A stretch of 63,122 nucleotides of DNA, counting the filler, from Sphacelaria rigidula (lineage: Eukaryota), in assembly GCA_964200075.2 (NCBI GenBank). It is 4 parts of 4 records of this genome, joined end to end, with 100 filler letters (N's around TTAATTAATTAA, not from the genome) between each part and the next. Parts side by side here need not be neighbours in the genome. Positions count along the whole stretch, not along the records: positions 1 to 15,707 come from CAXNAA020001632.1; 3 more parts are not named here. The stretch is one strand, 5' to 3'. Position numbers and translations under genes: made by a program. Under the pieces are notes generated by a model. It made no database searches. It was not told where the DNA came from and was given only the letters and a program-made list of their open reading frames with translations. Positions 1 through 14,275 of the stretch are shown piece by piece. Position 1 is the first letter of the stretch. Every line of letters starts with the position of its first letter.

Positions 1-3000
1 AGAGCAAAAGATAAAGTAACCCCCCCTCCCCCCCCCCCACACACACTCCCCCTCCTCTTTCGCTCTTTCCACTGTTGTTTGGCGATGAAAATATGGTTAC
101 GACCGAGTACCGTATTTCTATGAGAAAAATAGTTCGAAAAGTAGTCGACGCTTATCCTCAATTCGTCATTTCCATTTTGAAACGATCTTGGCCGAGAGCG
201 TGCCGAAATCTGAAGGTTCACCTAGGGTATTCGTGTCAACGCCCGTGCCTTCGCCATGGCCGGAGGGGGCGAAAAAACACCATGCACTCCATTTGCTGAC
301 TGAATATTCCTAGTAATTTCCCATGGTTTGTTCTGACGAGAAAAAGTGAAATACCGTCCGACATGCAACCCCAAAGAAACCCCGTGGAAACGAGTAATGC
401 TACGGTAGGGGTGCACAAATATTTACGGAGGTTATAATTTTTTGGAGCCCTTGAGCTCATGCAAACCACGGCTCATGAAATATGTGAGAGTACGCTAGGA
501 TTACTATTCCAGTGTGCTAAATAGGGATATCCCGAATGAATTTGCGAACGGGGATGCCCTGACCCATGTTCTTGTACATCTAGATTCGTTAGGAGCCCCT
601 GAAGCAGACAACATTTTGCGCAAAAAGTGAACCCCTGCCGTAGCATCGATCAAAGATATCAAACTCGGCGAAAACTCAAAGCCCTTCCTGTACCTTTTTT
701 TGGAGTTGTTGCCCATAACACTCGAACTATGCCAAGCAAAACGTTCTGTGCTTATTCTTCCGACGTGTGTACGTCACGACGCTGGGTTCTGGGGGGCTTT
801 ATGTTAGTCATATAGATAGTTGTTTTTTAGCGGGGCGTTCACCATGAAATTATGCAGGGTTCGATTCAACTGTTCAGAAACCAATGCCCCGTAGAGCCCT
901 AGCCCTGAGTTGTCCAGTCGCGTCAGCACACCAAAAAAATGAGCAGTTTTCACATTGAACACCAACAGTCAAGGCATGGGAGTTTCATGTGCCCTTACCT
1001 TTTTAATCTATACGAATTTACGGGGGTTCCAGCTGGCAGAGGGATGCAAACGTATGACACATCGGATAGCTCATGGACTACCTGAATATTAGCTCCTATT
1101 CGTGTACTGATTCAGATCATGAGCTAACCATTTAGCTCATTTAGTCCATATTTATTTGCTCCCTAGAGCGCTGGACGTCGACCTCACGGAGTAGCGCAGG
1201 GGGTATCGCTTTGGCTTCTCAGTCCCTGCTGTCACGGATTTTTGCTCCCGAGACAACGGATCCTAGGGTCCTCTTTGAGTAGTTATTCTAGGTACTTCAT
1301 GAGCTCTCTGAAGCGTGAAACGTATGCAGTTACGCCGCGCTCCGGCCCCGTGGTCTAACTGACTGGTACAACTGACAGAAAGTAGGCCGGAAGAATTCGA
1401 TTCCCGAGAGATCCCACTGTACCTTTTTTCTTCCTCTGAGGAACACTCTAATGTCAATCATTCGAGGACGTAAAGACCTCGGAAGAAGCACAGGTAATTG
1501 TACTTGACGAGAGTCGATAAGCGATGCTGGAGTACCGATGGTCATGATCCAAACCCGCGATACCAAAGCGCAAGGCGTATGCCGGGAAATAGCCGGGTTG
1601 ATCCCTTGAGACGACGAATACATGCCCGGGAATGGGATGAGTTGAAAGTGTCGCGCGAAAAAGAAAAACACCTGTAGTGCTCTTTACTGCTAAACATGGT
1701 GCTGGTCATATAATATCTTGAACACCCTTTCAATAGGTGCATTTTCTGGGGGAAAATTAAGTGGTGTGTTGGATAGGGTAACTACCCGAGTAATTACTCT
1801 CTCGAATTTTTCGTTGCGATGGTCCGACCTCCAAACTCTACCGAAACATTGTGTTGAGTTAGGTACTATCGCAATACTATACCCGAGTTTTGGGTATTTC
1901 GAGTACGATTTGAAAATACCCAAGTGTAGGAAATACCCTACTCAGTAAATACACCCTTGGAAAATCTTTCGGGTTCAAGTGTTGAAAAAATCACACAAAA
2001 AGACTACAGTACCCGCCGAACGTAGAAACCAACAGCCCTTGGACGAGAAACCAGTCCAAGCGCCACTCGCGATAAGGCGCCCACGACAACCAAGGAATGT
2101 TGCAAGATCTAGGTTTCCGCTCTGCTTTACTGCGGAAGTTCCATAAAATATCTTACCCGGGGATGATGCTTTATCATACCCGGTATAGCTGAAGGAAGCG
2201 ATTGTTTTCCCGTTGAGGTAGTGCTACGGTGTACCATGACAACGTGGAAGGGCAGTGGGAGTATGGCGGTGGGGAATCATTGGACCCTCTGTGCACGTAG
2301 CAAATACGACTTGTATATATATTTTTTTGTGTGGGAAAAGCCAATATATATATATTTTCGGAATCCCAATATCAAGCGAGCATACCCTCCCTCCCCTCCC
2401 CCACTTCCCCGTTTCGGTTTTGGAAAACACTTGCATGCCCGTTGAAGATGGGCGTATCCCCCGAAACCTTTCTTGAAATATTCAAGGTGGAGATACACGG
2501 TCTTTTTCTACGTTCCCGGAGAGGTTCTGTAGTGTAACAGTAGTAATACCACTTTCGCTAGGATCAAGTATAGTAGACATGCCGTGGCTGTTGCAGAGAG
2601 GAGTGCAGTGTACGCCGAGCACTTCAGAGTACATGATCAGGCAAGGATTTTCCGCACCCTCACTTTATCCATCTCCCCGATGACGCGCGCCCGAGCCAGG
2701 TGTACCGACCTCCTTCGGGAAGCAACAGAGGAAAGGCGGAGCGACCAAAGTCAGCCGCTAGGCAAGGGAGGTCTGCAAGCTTAAACTCTGGCGGTGGCTG
2801 AATTTTGTTCCAAGTGCAACGCCGGCTGTCGTTTGATACTACTGTGTACTGGTTTCCCAGCGAGTCTGTCGTTGCCTTGTATGCCGCTTGTTGCGATCGA
2901 TTGGGTAAAACACCACCAGAGTAACATGGATGCGGTCAGGGTTTTACAGCGGCGGAACAGTTTCTATGATGTACGGCTTTTCTCGTCTACAGGTCGTAAT

Positions 3001-5338
3001 TCACACGAGCGATGAAGCATGTGTTCTCTTAGCTTATGCTTATGAGGACGGCTATTGTTGCAGGCACTGCTGCAGATGATCAAGTCGGCAAAACGTCCCC
3101 CCTCCCACTTGTCGGCTTACTCCTCTTCCCAACCCGACAGACCCCGCGGGGCTCCCAGCTGTACTCCATCACCCACACTAATTATTGTAGTAAGCTAGCT
3201 GTCTTGGGTCGGAGAACAAGTATTTCAAGCCTTGCGTGCTGACCTATGGCGGCCGATTCTGTTCGGCATCATTGCAGCTTGAAACACGTGCCTGGGTGGA
3301 CGTCCCGCGTTTCGTTACCCTGTTGCGTTTCGCCCTTTTCGTCGTACGCAACACTACCACACCCTCCTTACGACTTACGTAGCCCGATCGAGAACTGAGG
3401 AATGAAAAGATGGTGGTGTGTTCGTCGCGGTAAACGTCTTGCTAGCTACTCGCCGCCTTGATTGACGACTGTTTCGGGTACAGGGTAATCTCTTCCCAAC
3501 GTCGCGATACATGAAATATAATGCCCTTAGAATTGAGCTGTTTTGTCGTTTGGACACACCACCCCCAATGATCCCGGCCGCGAGAGGCGTACTGACAACA
3601 GGACTGTTATATACGGCATGCATGCGTGTAATCACGCTTGCGAGTATACATCTGTACCTTATACTGCATGGAATATTTTCCCGCCAGGAGCTCAACACGC
3701 AGCGACCACCAAAGTGATGACAAGGGGCTGGTAGCCTCGGCTTTACAATATTTACCGCATACAACAGTACAGAACGAGTACAACATCATCGTCCTCGTTG
3801 TTCGATCGACTGAGCGTTCGGGACGGGTTTTTGTCTCATTACAAAGATCGAGGCGGAACTGGATATTAACCGGGGGGGGGGGGGTATCCCGTCATCTATT
3901 GCACACAGTTTTCGTCCGTGGTTTTTTNNNNNNNNNNGATCGGCTGAGCGTTCGGGACGGGTTTTGCGCCACCGACAAGGCCTGGGGCGAAACTCGAGCT
4001 ATGTGGGTGGGGGGGGGTATCCCGTCATCTATTGCACACAGTTTTCGTCCGTGGTTTTCTTCGGCTTCCACAGGGTGGCGCTGCTTCGACGTCCATCCTC
4101 TACGCTGGTCGAAGGAGGGCCTAATAATCATGTTTTTCTCGGAGGCCATACCCGCCACTCGCTTAAGATACGGATTTCGCCTGGAATCCCGTATCGACAC
4201 CTCAAAAGTGACCTATGCACAAGGTTTACAGTACACGCAGTGTGGTACAGTGACGTGTAACGCCATTCCGGACTACTGCAATGCGCGGTCAGCACGGATC
4301 ACACCATTTCATCATCCCGTCTACCTCACACGGCACCATGTATGTGATGTCTCTAAAGATTTGAAAGCCACCATGCTCTCTCATCCGTATTCAGAGGAGG
4401 AAGATCGAACCGTGCTGGTATCCAAATTTGAATTTGTCTCAGCACATCTTCTGCTGTTTCGCCGCGGACTATTCGAGTGAATTACGTAATGATGTCAAAG
4501 AAAACAACGTTGCTAGTCACACTAAAATGCAGGGCCCGAGCGAAACACTCCAGTAGAGTAGAGCATGGCGAAGGTGAAGCCCAGCGGTGCAGGGCATCCC
4601 ACAAGAAGCCGACGGACATGGAGCGTCACCCGTAACGAATTGGAAAATGACAGGAGGCGGTCCACATATCTCGTGGAAACATGAAAAATATGGGCGCGCT
4701 GCGTTTCCCCCCGGTTTCCCTCCGAAAACAGGCGACCGCCAACTGAAGGAGATAAAGGATGGCATGATGCAGCTCACAATCTTCTTTGTGGCAGAATTAA
4801 TTGTTGTGATGGGGCTATAGCAACGGTGAGCATGATGTAATTGAATCCAACCAAGTGCGAGGAACAAAGGCTCAGGGTGCGGAGTGAACGCTTGGATTTG
4901 GGATCCAACTTCAACGGGTGTAGTCATTAGTCAATATACCCTACAAAATAATTAAAATCGTACTTGAAAATTATCTTCGTGAACAAACATCAAGTTAAAT
5001 AAAAAATTCGTGCACACCGATCCGAAAATATTGCATATGCACTTATCGCACTAATATAATTCAAAACACGTCGAACCGTGAAGATAATCCAACCTAAAAT
5101 TAGTGAGGTATACTGAATTCAATATTTACACAAAAAATCCGTAATTTTGAAGACAAAATATCGTCATGTTGACTTATCGCACCAAAAGATATGCCCCCGT
5201 TTTCCGCCCGCTCCTGCGCTCCCTCCGTTTTCAAGCTGAGCCAAACAAACGGTTGACTTACCCCAAAGCACGACATTCTGCACACTCGCCATCTCCAGTC
5301 AGTCAGCTAGTTTTACCTTCTGCAACTCAAAACCAACA

Positions 5339-8300
5339 ATGAAGACTGCTTGCGCGATGGTTTTGGCGTGCGCCGCTGGTGCCTCTGCCTTCGTGGCTCC
5401 CAGGTGAGATGCGAGAGAGACCGACCGATTAATCGTCTTCATGAACGCATGTGTACTGCCTCAGAAGACGTGACGGATGCCCTTGTGTTCCACTGCTCCA
5501 GGGATTTGAGGGGCTGTTGTGCTCGGCAGGGGGTGTCGGCTGTACCCTGTGATGTGTTCACTCAGTGCACTTGTGAGCGGTCTTGGAGTTGTGGCTGCCG
5601 CCTGCTTCTATGCGTCGTGTTCATGCCCGCAGTGTCGAGTCAGTTCAGGCTGTGTTTCCAAACCAGTTAGCTTCCCTGTTACACAGGTTATCATGTACGT
5701 GTCGGGGGATACCTTTCCCTAGTCCTCTACACTATAATCAAGTAATTGGTGAGGGGTCACTTTGAGACCAAGTAATTAATTACTGTAAAATAGTGGCATT
5801 GAGGCGTCAGTCAGTCCGATGCTTCTCGTCGCTGATTCAGAGCACTATCATGTCATGTACATGTTGCTGAGATCGCAGGCAAAGGCGTACACGTAACATG
5901 GTGTAAAGCGCTCCATATTACCTCAATCGGCCTCTGTATTCTCACTGTCTCTTCGAGTGCACGGGCGACCGCTGTGCGGCCGTACCCCTTCCTTGTTGAG
6001 GCTTAACCAACACTAGAGAACACACGGACGCGGAAGTTGAGGCGCACCTTTCTCGCTCAGAAAAATGAAGGATCATGCTCCAACGCTGGCCCTGACCTAA
6101 TCGCACAACCGACAAGCCTGGACGAGTGTTTCATGCACTACCTCATCTACAAAGCTGTAGTGAGTCTTCTAATTTTTTGCCGCCGGGTTGCATGCAGCAT
6201 GGCGTATGTAACTGGTTTGTATGCTGCTTTTGGTCTCCTGTGCTATTTTTGAGCAGTCTACACATCTCCCAACTTCAGCACCGAAATCCCCCGTTTATGA
6301 GGCATGTGTGCTACCCCGACTAGGCGTTCCTGCGAAATCACTGCAAATGAGAGTGTCTGTCGCACACCTTTTGCCGTTTTACGCGGGTCCTGGTGCCTCC
6401 TTTGGTATGTGCGACTAACATGGAGGAAGATTCTGCATTGATTTCTCTGTACAGACACCAGACGTACATCACTACGTTGTACTCTTCAGATTTCAGGCCT
6501 AGGCTTCCAGGCTTTTCACGAGTCACTGCCAGGTTGTGGATGCAGCACAAAACAGTCAACAAGGACATAACACTAGCGGTGACAAGCGGTACTCGACTGC
6601 CGCTGTTTGCACAGCAAACGTGGAGCACAACTCGGTCCACGTCGTTTTACAGCATGAGGGTGATCATGCAGCCAGTCCAGGGATCCTGCTGGTTTTCGAA
6701 ACCAACCTTGAGCCTTCAGTGTACGGTAGTTTTGCTCTCCTCGCCGGATGCCGGTATTGAAGTCGAAGTGATATGCGTACAACATGTATCCAATATTTCG
6801 ATCTGAAACATGAAGGCGATGAAGTGCGCTTCCCCTCAACAGCTGTTGAAAACAGTACCAACCTGTAAACCACCAACGAAAGATGAGGTCAGGGGGTTTC
6901 TGCCCGAGCACTTGAGCACGTTGCTTTGCCTCAGTCGGCCTGTTCTCTCCTTGCATGTATCTCTGCTGAGAGGGCTGGCATGGTGCCACCGTTCCATTAA
7001 GAACCAACACTAGTAAACGCTCTACCCCACAGCGTCGGTTCCAGAGTTGTGCAGTCGAACATGTCCATGCAGCACAGTTGACGCGATAGCGCAGAGATAC
7101 AATCAGCCAAGATGGTCCATCAACGGCATCACGTGCGCAACCGTGGTGCACATGTGCACATATCGCTTGCGCACGTCGGTACCGCACCGTACATCGCCGA
7201 GATGGTGAGGGGGACCTACACCCCCACCCATGATTTATATTGTGGCAGTTGATTCCCTCTCTTGAACGCAACAACGCACTGCAACAACAGTGTACTGTTA
7301 AGAGTCGACAACCTCGTGTACTTCCATGTATGTCAATCATGGAAAGCGAGTATCTTCTCGTCCCGTCTTGTACAGCCCGCCGCTACTGTGAGCGGTTTCC
7401 TACCATCGAACTCCCACATGTTACTTTACTGTACTCGGTGTTATTACACTGTCGGTCAAATGGGCACATACGAGTGTCGAGTACTGATGAAGTTCAAAGC
7501 AAAGGCATTCTACTAACGGTAACTTGTGTGCCCTTGGTATGACATATCTTCCAATCGCCATGGTAAGACTCACGACCGCGAATGATCAGTACTCCATCTC
7601 GGAGGAACATTTTGAAATCCGGGTTAAACCGGAAAATATTTTTATTCGGCAATGACGAAGTTCATGGCATACACACTGTAAGAGCGATTTCATAATGCTG
7701 TTCGTGAGTTGGAGCAGCGATAGCTTTTCCACTCCGAGCGGGTTTCTTGGGCGGTAGACAAACTTGATCAAGCTCTGATGCTCCCATCCGCCCTGCTGTC
7801 GTCCCTGACGGACGCCCAAGACACAATTACGGTAACAACTCACCTTCCGGGATTTATTTATTGGGCGCCGGATATGTAAACGAAAGGTGTTACTGCCGTC
7901 GTGCGGCCCACGACGGCTCGGAATCTAATCCCCTGAAGTACTCGAAGACTTGAACCTTCCACCCACAAAACAAAGTTGGAGTCCGCTGGTGCTCGCAATG
8001 TATCGAGTGCGATTCAACGTTTCTTCGCTAGCCGTGTCGAATGGAGTGTGCCACGCTGCGCTCCGTGTGTGACTGCAATGTGAGCTTCCTGAAAATGCTG
8101 TCCAATTAAGATCACACGATGACCAGCCGGCAACCATAACACAACCATAACCCACTTAGCACATGCGCCTGGAAGTCCGCGAGTACCTGGGCACCGTTGT
8201 GGAAAAGACAGGAATTGCGCCAGATGAAGTATACTTGATATCCTGCGGACGGGTGAAACAGGACGGGTCTGTGGGCTGAAAACGGACCCTCCTGTTGCGA

Positions 8301-11300
8301 GCACAAGCGTCAGCATGTGGGGAGACATGTCGGAGGCCGATTTATGTCTCTTCTGCATTCAGTTATCTTTTCCATGGCCTTGCCGATCTCGCCCCCCATC
8401 CGTCGTAGAATGCGTGGTGTCAAGAGCCCATCACCTCTTATCCACATGTTTTTTGTGGGTTATGGGTATATTGGTGGTATGCTCTGCACTCTGTGACCAC
8501 GGGTTCGAGAGATCGAGCTAATGTGATGGATATAATAATGACCGTGTAATAATTCACCTTTCAGTTTCGGAAGAACTGTTGTGTAATGTTCGGTCGCCGA
8601 TAACACCCACGAAAAAATTTGGGGCAGGAATGAAAAGGTCTTCGCCCCTTGTCCCTTTAAGTGTCGGAATTCCATCGAGAACGACCCGAAATTGAGCCGC
8701 ATGATATCTTGTTCGTGGCGGAAACTAGTTCTCATGTGAAAATGGACCACCCATGAAACGAAAAACGTGGTTATGCCGTTAATTTTCATTCTTTCCACCA
8801 ATTTTTGACATGATGTGCACGATGTAAGGTGCGAAGACCCTTTTGTTTGTTTCCCTTTGGTACGATGTTCAATGAGATGTCGATTTTGTACAGGAAAAAA
8901 CGAGGAGGAAATACTGGGGGGTTGCACATACCATATGTAAACCATCTTTGACTTTCGGAGAAAACGACGCAAAATTGACGAGCGCAACCGCGCCTTGTGT
9001 TGAGAACTGCTTGACTTGCTTATGGAGTGCAATCCCAGTCGGAGCTTCGACGTTGTCAACAAACTCTAATCACCCGCTTCTCACCGGTTCGGACCCTACT
9101 ACCAAACGTCTTGGTGCTCGAGGCCTCATCTGCGTGCCATATCGGACACTGCGTCTACCGTTGATATATTTTGTTGTACGATCACATTTGTGCAGCATCA
9201 CTTTGCGGCCGTAGCACAACCGATTGTGAAAATGCAGCACATGTGACCCTCAACTTTCTTCCGTTCGAAGCCGACAACAGGTGGGTGGTTCGTCTGACCT
9301 CTTCACTGGCAGGTCGAGTAGAGTGTATTCAGTTGCGGGGTATTTTGAAAGGCGTCCTTGGTTTACCCCGAGGGTAGAGTGTTGGAAGTCGTACCCAAAA
9401 TATAACTGGGAATCGATCCCCGAAACCCCATCCCCCATTTGTGTACTCTGAGAACGACTCTCAAAATACCCCGCAATTGAGTATACTCTACTCGACCTGC
9501 CCTCGGACGTCTTCGAAATTCTGACGACCGTCCGGTCGTGGGTTCGAATCTCGGAGCGATCTTGGGTTTTTCCTCTCAGAGCCCAGCAGTCTAGAGCGAC
9601 CATCTCGTTTGTACACTTGATTCGACAAAATGATGGACGGGAAAAGGGACTTCTGAACCCCTTTCGCGATATAACGAGTGTAAAACGGAAAAGTATAACG
9701 AAACAGACGAAACATGAAAACTCCCGTGTTACCCCTCCTCCTCGTCTCCCCGGCTGCTGCGCGCACATGCACCGGAAGGGTGTAGACCGGCGTCCGAAAT
9801 AAATGGAGCGGCACTGGGCGGAATGTTCCATGCTGTACGTAGTACATTTTTTGGCATGGGTGATTTATTTCCCGGGGTGTGAAACACGGGCAGTGCCGTC
9901 GTGGTTCGTTGCGATAAAGTGATTTTTCACGTGCACAGCGGAATACAGCTCTGTCGACCGAGCATTGTACACTTGAGGGGTTGGACGCAACGACAAACTA
10001 GTCAAAGATGATGGCGTGGGTACAACAGTCCAATACCACGGACTTTCGCTCGTTCTCACTCTTCGTGACCCGTTGTTTCATGTTGCCCTCCTCTAACGGG
10101 GAGAGAGTATCGGGTGAAAATCTGGGGTGCTTGAAGACTGAATCCATCACTTTTTTTGGTATGGGTCTCGGCCAAAAATAAGTTGAGCGTGGTACAAAAT
10201 GAATGAGGAATTTGCGGCTTGAACAGGAACAAGCCCTGTGGCGTCCTCAGATATTGAAGGCTTGAGCAATGACTCTCGTCTCAACCTAAGTGACGCGGGA
10301 ATCCCAACACGGAAGGACAACCCTGGTGGGCCACGAAAATACCGCAGGCACCCGACACGACAAAATGACCCTAATAACCCACGAAGAAGCAAGGAAGCCT
10401 GAGAACTCGATAACATTCAGGAGAAATGACGATGAGGCTACTTCTAATGTATCGGCAAGTGTAAGTTGTTGAAGAGTGCTCTTTTGACCCCTCTCAGTCG
10501 TTCTCGTCTCCACAAGAGGGTTGGGCAGATGTGGACACTTTGGAATGAAGACTATAACTTGACCGTTTGTTACTGAAGATGCATTTTTGGCCAAGAACGA
10601 AATTTGACTTGAGGAAAACGCGAAGGTGCTCTGAAACGGCCTTCGCGAGTAGGACAAATCATTCCAAGGTGTCCACATCCGCCTAGCCTTTATTGGGGGA
10701 CAGAAACGAAGGGTGGAAGAAAAGAGCACTTTTCAATAACTTTGACTTAACGACAATAGGAAGTAGATCAAGTCGGATTGGCACTTTATTCACACCCTGA
10801 ACGGAACATGAGCTTGGGATTTCTTCACCCCCCTACATCGCTTAAATCTCGACACCACGTTTCTCATCGCCCCCCATGATGAAAATTTTTTCATCCTCGG
10901 CTTGGACGATGGTGGCAATGGACGCATGATTGAGGCAGTGTCCTGTTGCAACTGTTGACCTAGTACTGTGTAATGAGGGAAAAACTCACGAGATAGGCCG
11001 TCTCCTTTCCTCTGTTGATGTAAATTTTTCTTCGCCCCGTTTTTTCTGCGTACGAACAGCGCGTTCCGAGGAGCCGCGTTGACGGCCGCAAAGCCGGCGT
11101 CCTCCTCGATGAAAATGTCGTTCGAGGGTGAGATCGGTGCGCAGGCTCCGATCGGGTACTGGGACCCCCTTGGGCTTCTCATCAAAGACCCTACCCAGGT
11201 ATGTGCTTCCTTCGGTCGTGGATGTGTTGCGGTAGTGTGGAGATTTCAGTGAAATAACGTGTGGTCAGCGTGTGGTGACTTCAGTGAACTAACCTCGCAT

Positions 11301-13274
11301 GTGTAGTATGTAGTGACTTTCGAGATGACTTCCCACTCCAGCATCATATCTTCGGTGAATAGGGTCGCGCATGAGCTTCCCCTTATATTGGATCTGTTGA
11401 AAGCTGAATGCCTTCTTTGTTGATAGGGGAGAGTACTGGCTGTACGAGGGGATCATTCATGAAGCCCCCCTTGCTGTGGACCCTTCGATCGCGGGAGAGG
11501 GTCATCTGGCTATGCATATATTTTCACTGAAATGATACTGATTCCACCGATGATCCATGCCCGCGGTCAAGGGTTGAGGCGTACAGGACGGCTGAACGCT
11601 TTCAGCTGATGTGTTGAAGAGCAAGGGTCACTTGCGTGTTACCGCTGCCGATGGATTTTGTCGAATATGGTTGATATTATGGTCAGCTCATGTTGTGCGC
11701 CTCCAGTGCAGTTACTGCTCTCACTTCCACCTTGGAAAATATGTCAACTGGGAAGTCCTCGACCCACGTGACGTTGTCACTCTTCCATGGAGACGGATTC
11801 AGATTTCTCGACTGTGGTGTCTTCGCTGCTGCCGATTCGCACTGTTGGTTCCTTTTCCTCAGGAGCGTTTCGACCGCCTGCGGTACGTGGAAATCAAGCA
11901 CGGACGCATTGCTATGCTTGCCGTGCTCGGCCACATCACTCAACAGAACTTCAGGTGGGGGTTCAGTCAGTGGTTATTCCTGGTCGGTCAATTGCTCAGT
12001 GTTGTCTGACCGGTATCAATGTTTCGGCTATGTACTGTGTCGTGGGGGTTCATTCAACCCCAACCCCGAGCCCTCGATACACACGTGTCTCATTTTGCTA
12101 GGAGGATGAGTATTCGGCAGTGATCATGCGACGGTAGTTTCGCATTTGTGCCGAGGTGTCCCTCGTACACGCGCTCCCAAACTCACCATCTATCCAAGAA
12201 TACGGGTCAGTACATGACTCTTTCCGAATTCATGTAGGATATCCTTACCCCATTGAAGTGCTAGTCGTGCCATGATCGCTTAGTCGTGCCATGATCGCTT
12301 AGTGGTTTCTTTGCACAGGGATGACAAGCTGCTGACGAGTAGACCCCGGAAATTATCCGTGCACCTCCACCGAAGCACAAAACCTATTCCAGTGTCGGTG
12401 CTGATCCGTTTCAAAACGGTGATTTTGATAAGCCTTGACGTGTCGGACGTGCTTGGTCGCTTCGTGGCTACAGGCTTCCAGGCATGCTGTCGCCCTCGGC
12501 TGGGCTCTCGTTCGCGGATTGCCCCAACGGTGTCGCTGCGCTATCGAAGATCCCTCTCTACGGCCTCATCCAAATATTCCTTTTCATCGGCTTCCTTGAG
12601 ACGCAGGTGAAGTGTGTGCACGAACACGTTCAACTATTAGATCTTTGTCCTGGTAGGTGGCGTACTTCGGAGGTGCAACGGTTTTTATCACCCCTATTCA
12701 TCGTCTTCATATTTATTTCATCGATCTGGTTCAACGCTCGACTAACGTCCTTTTGCTGACCGGTCTGGATCCTGATGCCCGAAGGATTCTTTTGCGGCTG
12801 TTTTTGCTGTAAAAGACCGCGCTGACGGATGTTGGGTCCATCATTTGACCCGGTGTCAATTCACCCTCGTTAATCAAGTTCAAGGCGGTGGTTTGACCGC
12901 GTTTAATGGCCAGCTGCAGGTATTCTCGATGAGGCACATGGGTTGTTTAACCTGAGCTCTATCGTAAGTAACGATCTCTGTACGTTCCACAAGAACTCAT
13001 GACAGGTTGCTTACTCAAATTTGTCTTTCCGGCCACGAAATAGGTGATGTACCAAAAAGAGGGTTCCTTCCCGGGGGACATGTCGATGATCAACCCCTTC
13101 GAGAAGGAGTGGGAGGCATGGACCGAGGAGGAGCAAGCGGTGAAGCGCTCGATCGAACTCAACAACGGTCGCGCCGCGCAGATGGGCATCCTCGGGCTTA
13201 TGGTGCACGAGCAGATGGACAACCACCCCTACATCATCAACGAGATCCTCGGGTCGCACGTCGCCTTCAACTAA
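5339..13274 (+). CDS. LHCF: Fucoxanthin-chlorophyll a/c light-harvesting protein (Lhcf/FCP), 5 exons: 5339-5403, 11060-11198, 11863-11954, 12474-12606, 13044-13274; 219 aa
   Basis: All introns are GT-AG and the phases join in frame (65+139+92+133+231=660 nt). Translation: MKTACAMVLACAAGASAFVAPS (signal peptide plus ASAF motif), AFRGAALTAAKPASSSMKM (transit peptide), EIGAQAPIGYWDPLGL, helix 1 ERFDRLRYVEIKHGRIAMLAVLGHI, helix 2 GLIQIFLFIGFLE, helix 3 KRSIELNNGRAAQMGILGLMVHEQM, ending PYIINEILGSHVAFN*. Confidence 0.96.
8600..9260 (+). repeat. Dispersed repeat copy (TE remnant) in FCP intron 1; homologous to ~30100-30830
   Basis: Collinear shared blocks, e.g. actagttctcatgtgaaaatggaccacccatgaaa vs actagttcctatgtggagatggaccagccacgaaa, and gcagcatcactttgcggccgtagcacaaccgattgt vs gcaccatcactttgtggccgcggcacgaccgactgt. 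Boundaries approximate. Confidence 0.7.
9308..9501. mobile_element. MITE with ~41-bp terminal inverted repeats
   Basis: Left ggcaggtcgagtagagtgtattcagttgcggggtattttga; right tcaaaataccccgcaattgagtatactctactcgacctgcc (near reverse complements). Confidence 0.75.
9502..9815 (+). mobile_element. tRNA-derived SINE-like element (family B)
   Basis: B-box GGTTCGAATC at ~9541. Head motifs (cgaa..ttctgacg, gcccagcagt) are shared with a minus-strand copy at ~35550-35657. The 3' part (caccggaagggtgtagaccggcgtccgaaataaatgg) matches 31615-31660, which is followed by an (AC)n tail. Confidence 0.5.
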
Positions 13275-14187
13275 GATCGTTACAGATTGAAGTTTGATTG
13301 GAATAGCCGTGTTGTTTTGACCGTTTTTTTCCCACTTTCACGTATCCGTGACGTGCTTGCCGCGAAGGAGAAACGGAGGTATACCGGGTATTACACGGGT
13401 GCCCGGTTTTCTGTCGTGCCCTGTTCCAAGATTGTGGTGTGAACGGATGTACCTCATGAGGGTTTGTAGAGCCTAGTCTTCATGTTGGCTTGGGGGGACG
13501 TTCTGACGTGGATTGCCCAACGCATGTCGGGGGTTTTGGGCGTCCACACTTCACATTATAGTCGAGTGATATCCGCGGTCTTATTCTGGGTATTAACTAT
13601 AGCTCGTTGCTGTTGAGCTTTCCCAGTAAACGCGATATCTCGGAACTCATGTCACGTGGTGAGATGTGGTTGCGGGTGACAATCTCGAGCCGTTGATTCT
13701 TTTGGATGTACTCGAAATCTCGGGTATGTATGAGATGAACCGCAAGGGGGTGTCGGGGACGTCTCTGCGACGGATCCCAATTTCGCAGTCTTTTTTTCAT
13801 CATCGTCGATTGAAAGGACATTCGCCTGCTCATCGCTCTGTCGCTCTGTCGCTAGGCTGGTCTTCTGTGTTGACGCAGCTAGCACCCTGCACGGTCCTTT
13901 AGTTTCTCGTTTGCAGTATAGCATGCACCGGTGACGGGTTTCATATACAAAAACGAACGAGAGAAATACACACAAATTGGAATTTAGTCGAGGATTTCGT
14001 GTGATCAGAGCCCAGATGATGAACTGGACGTCACCGAGGATTCTCCGACTGCTTCACTTAGCGAGTTTCATTCCTCGCATTGGAGTTTACGAAGCTGTGT
14101 TGAAAAAAATACGCGATAACACAAGTATCTGCCAGGGTGCCAATCTCTCCACCGACTTGTGATATTGCACGCTTCTCGACGTAATAC

Positions 14188-14275
14188 GGGATGTCCATTC
14201 GTACATGACCGGGATGCTCATCGGTATATGACCGGGATGCCCATCCGCATATGACCGGGATGCCCATTCGTGTAC
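14188..14275. repeat. 23-bp tandem repeat x4 (cgggatgcccatccgcatatgac-like)
   Basis: Four adjacent degenerate units seen directly. Confidence 0.8.

Noticed and set aside
3638..4480. 280-aa ORF and the direct duplication at 3803-4058
   Set aside because: The ORF reads through an N gap and has no recognisable domain; the duplication flanks the gap and may be an assembly artefact.
6573..7340. 255-aa minus-strand ORF in FCP intron 1
   Set aside because: No recognisable motif; composition looks like non-coding translation.
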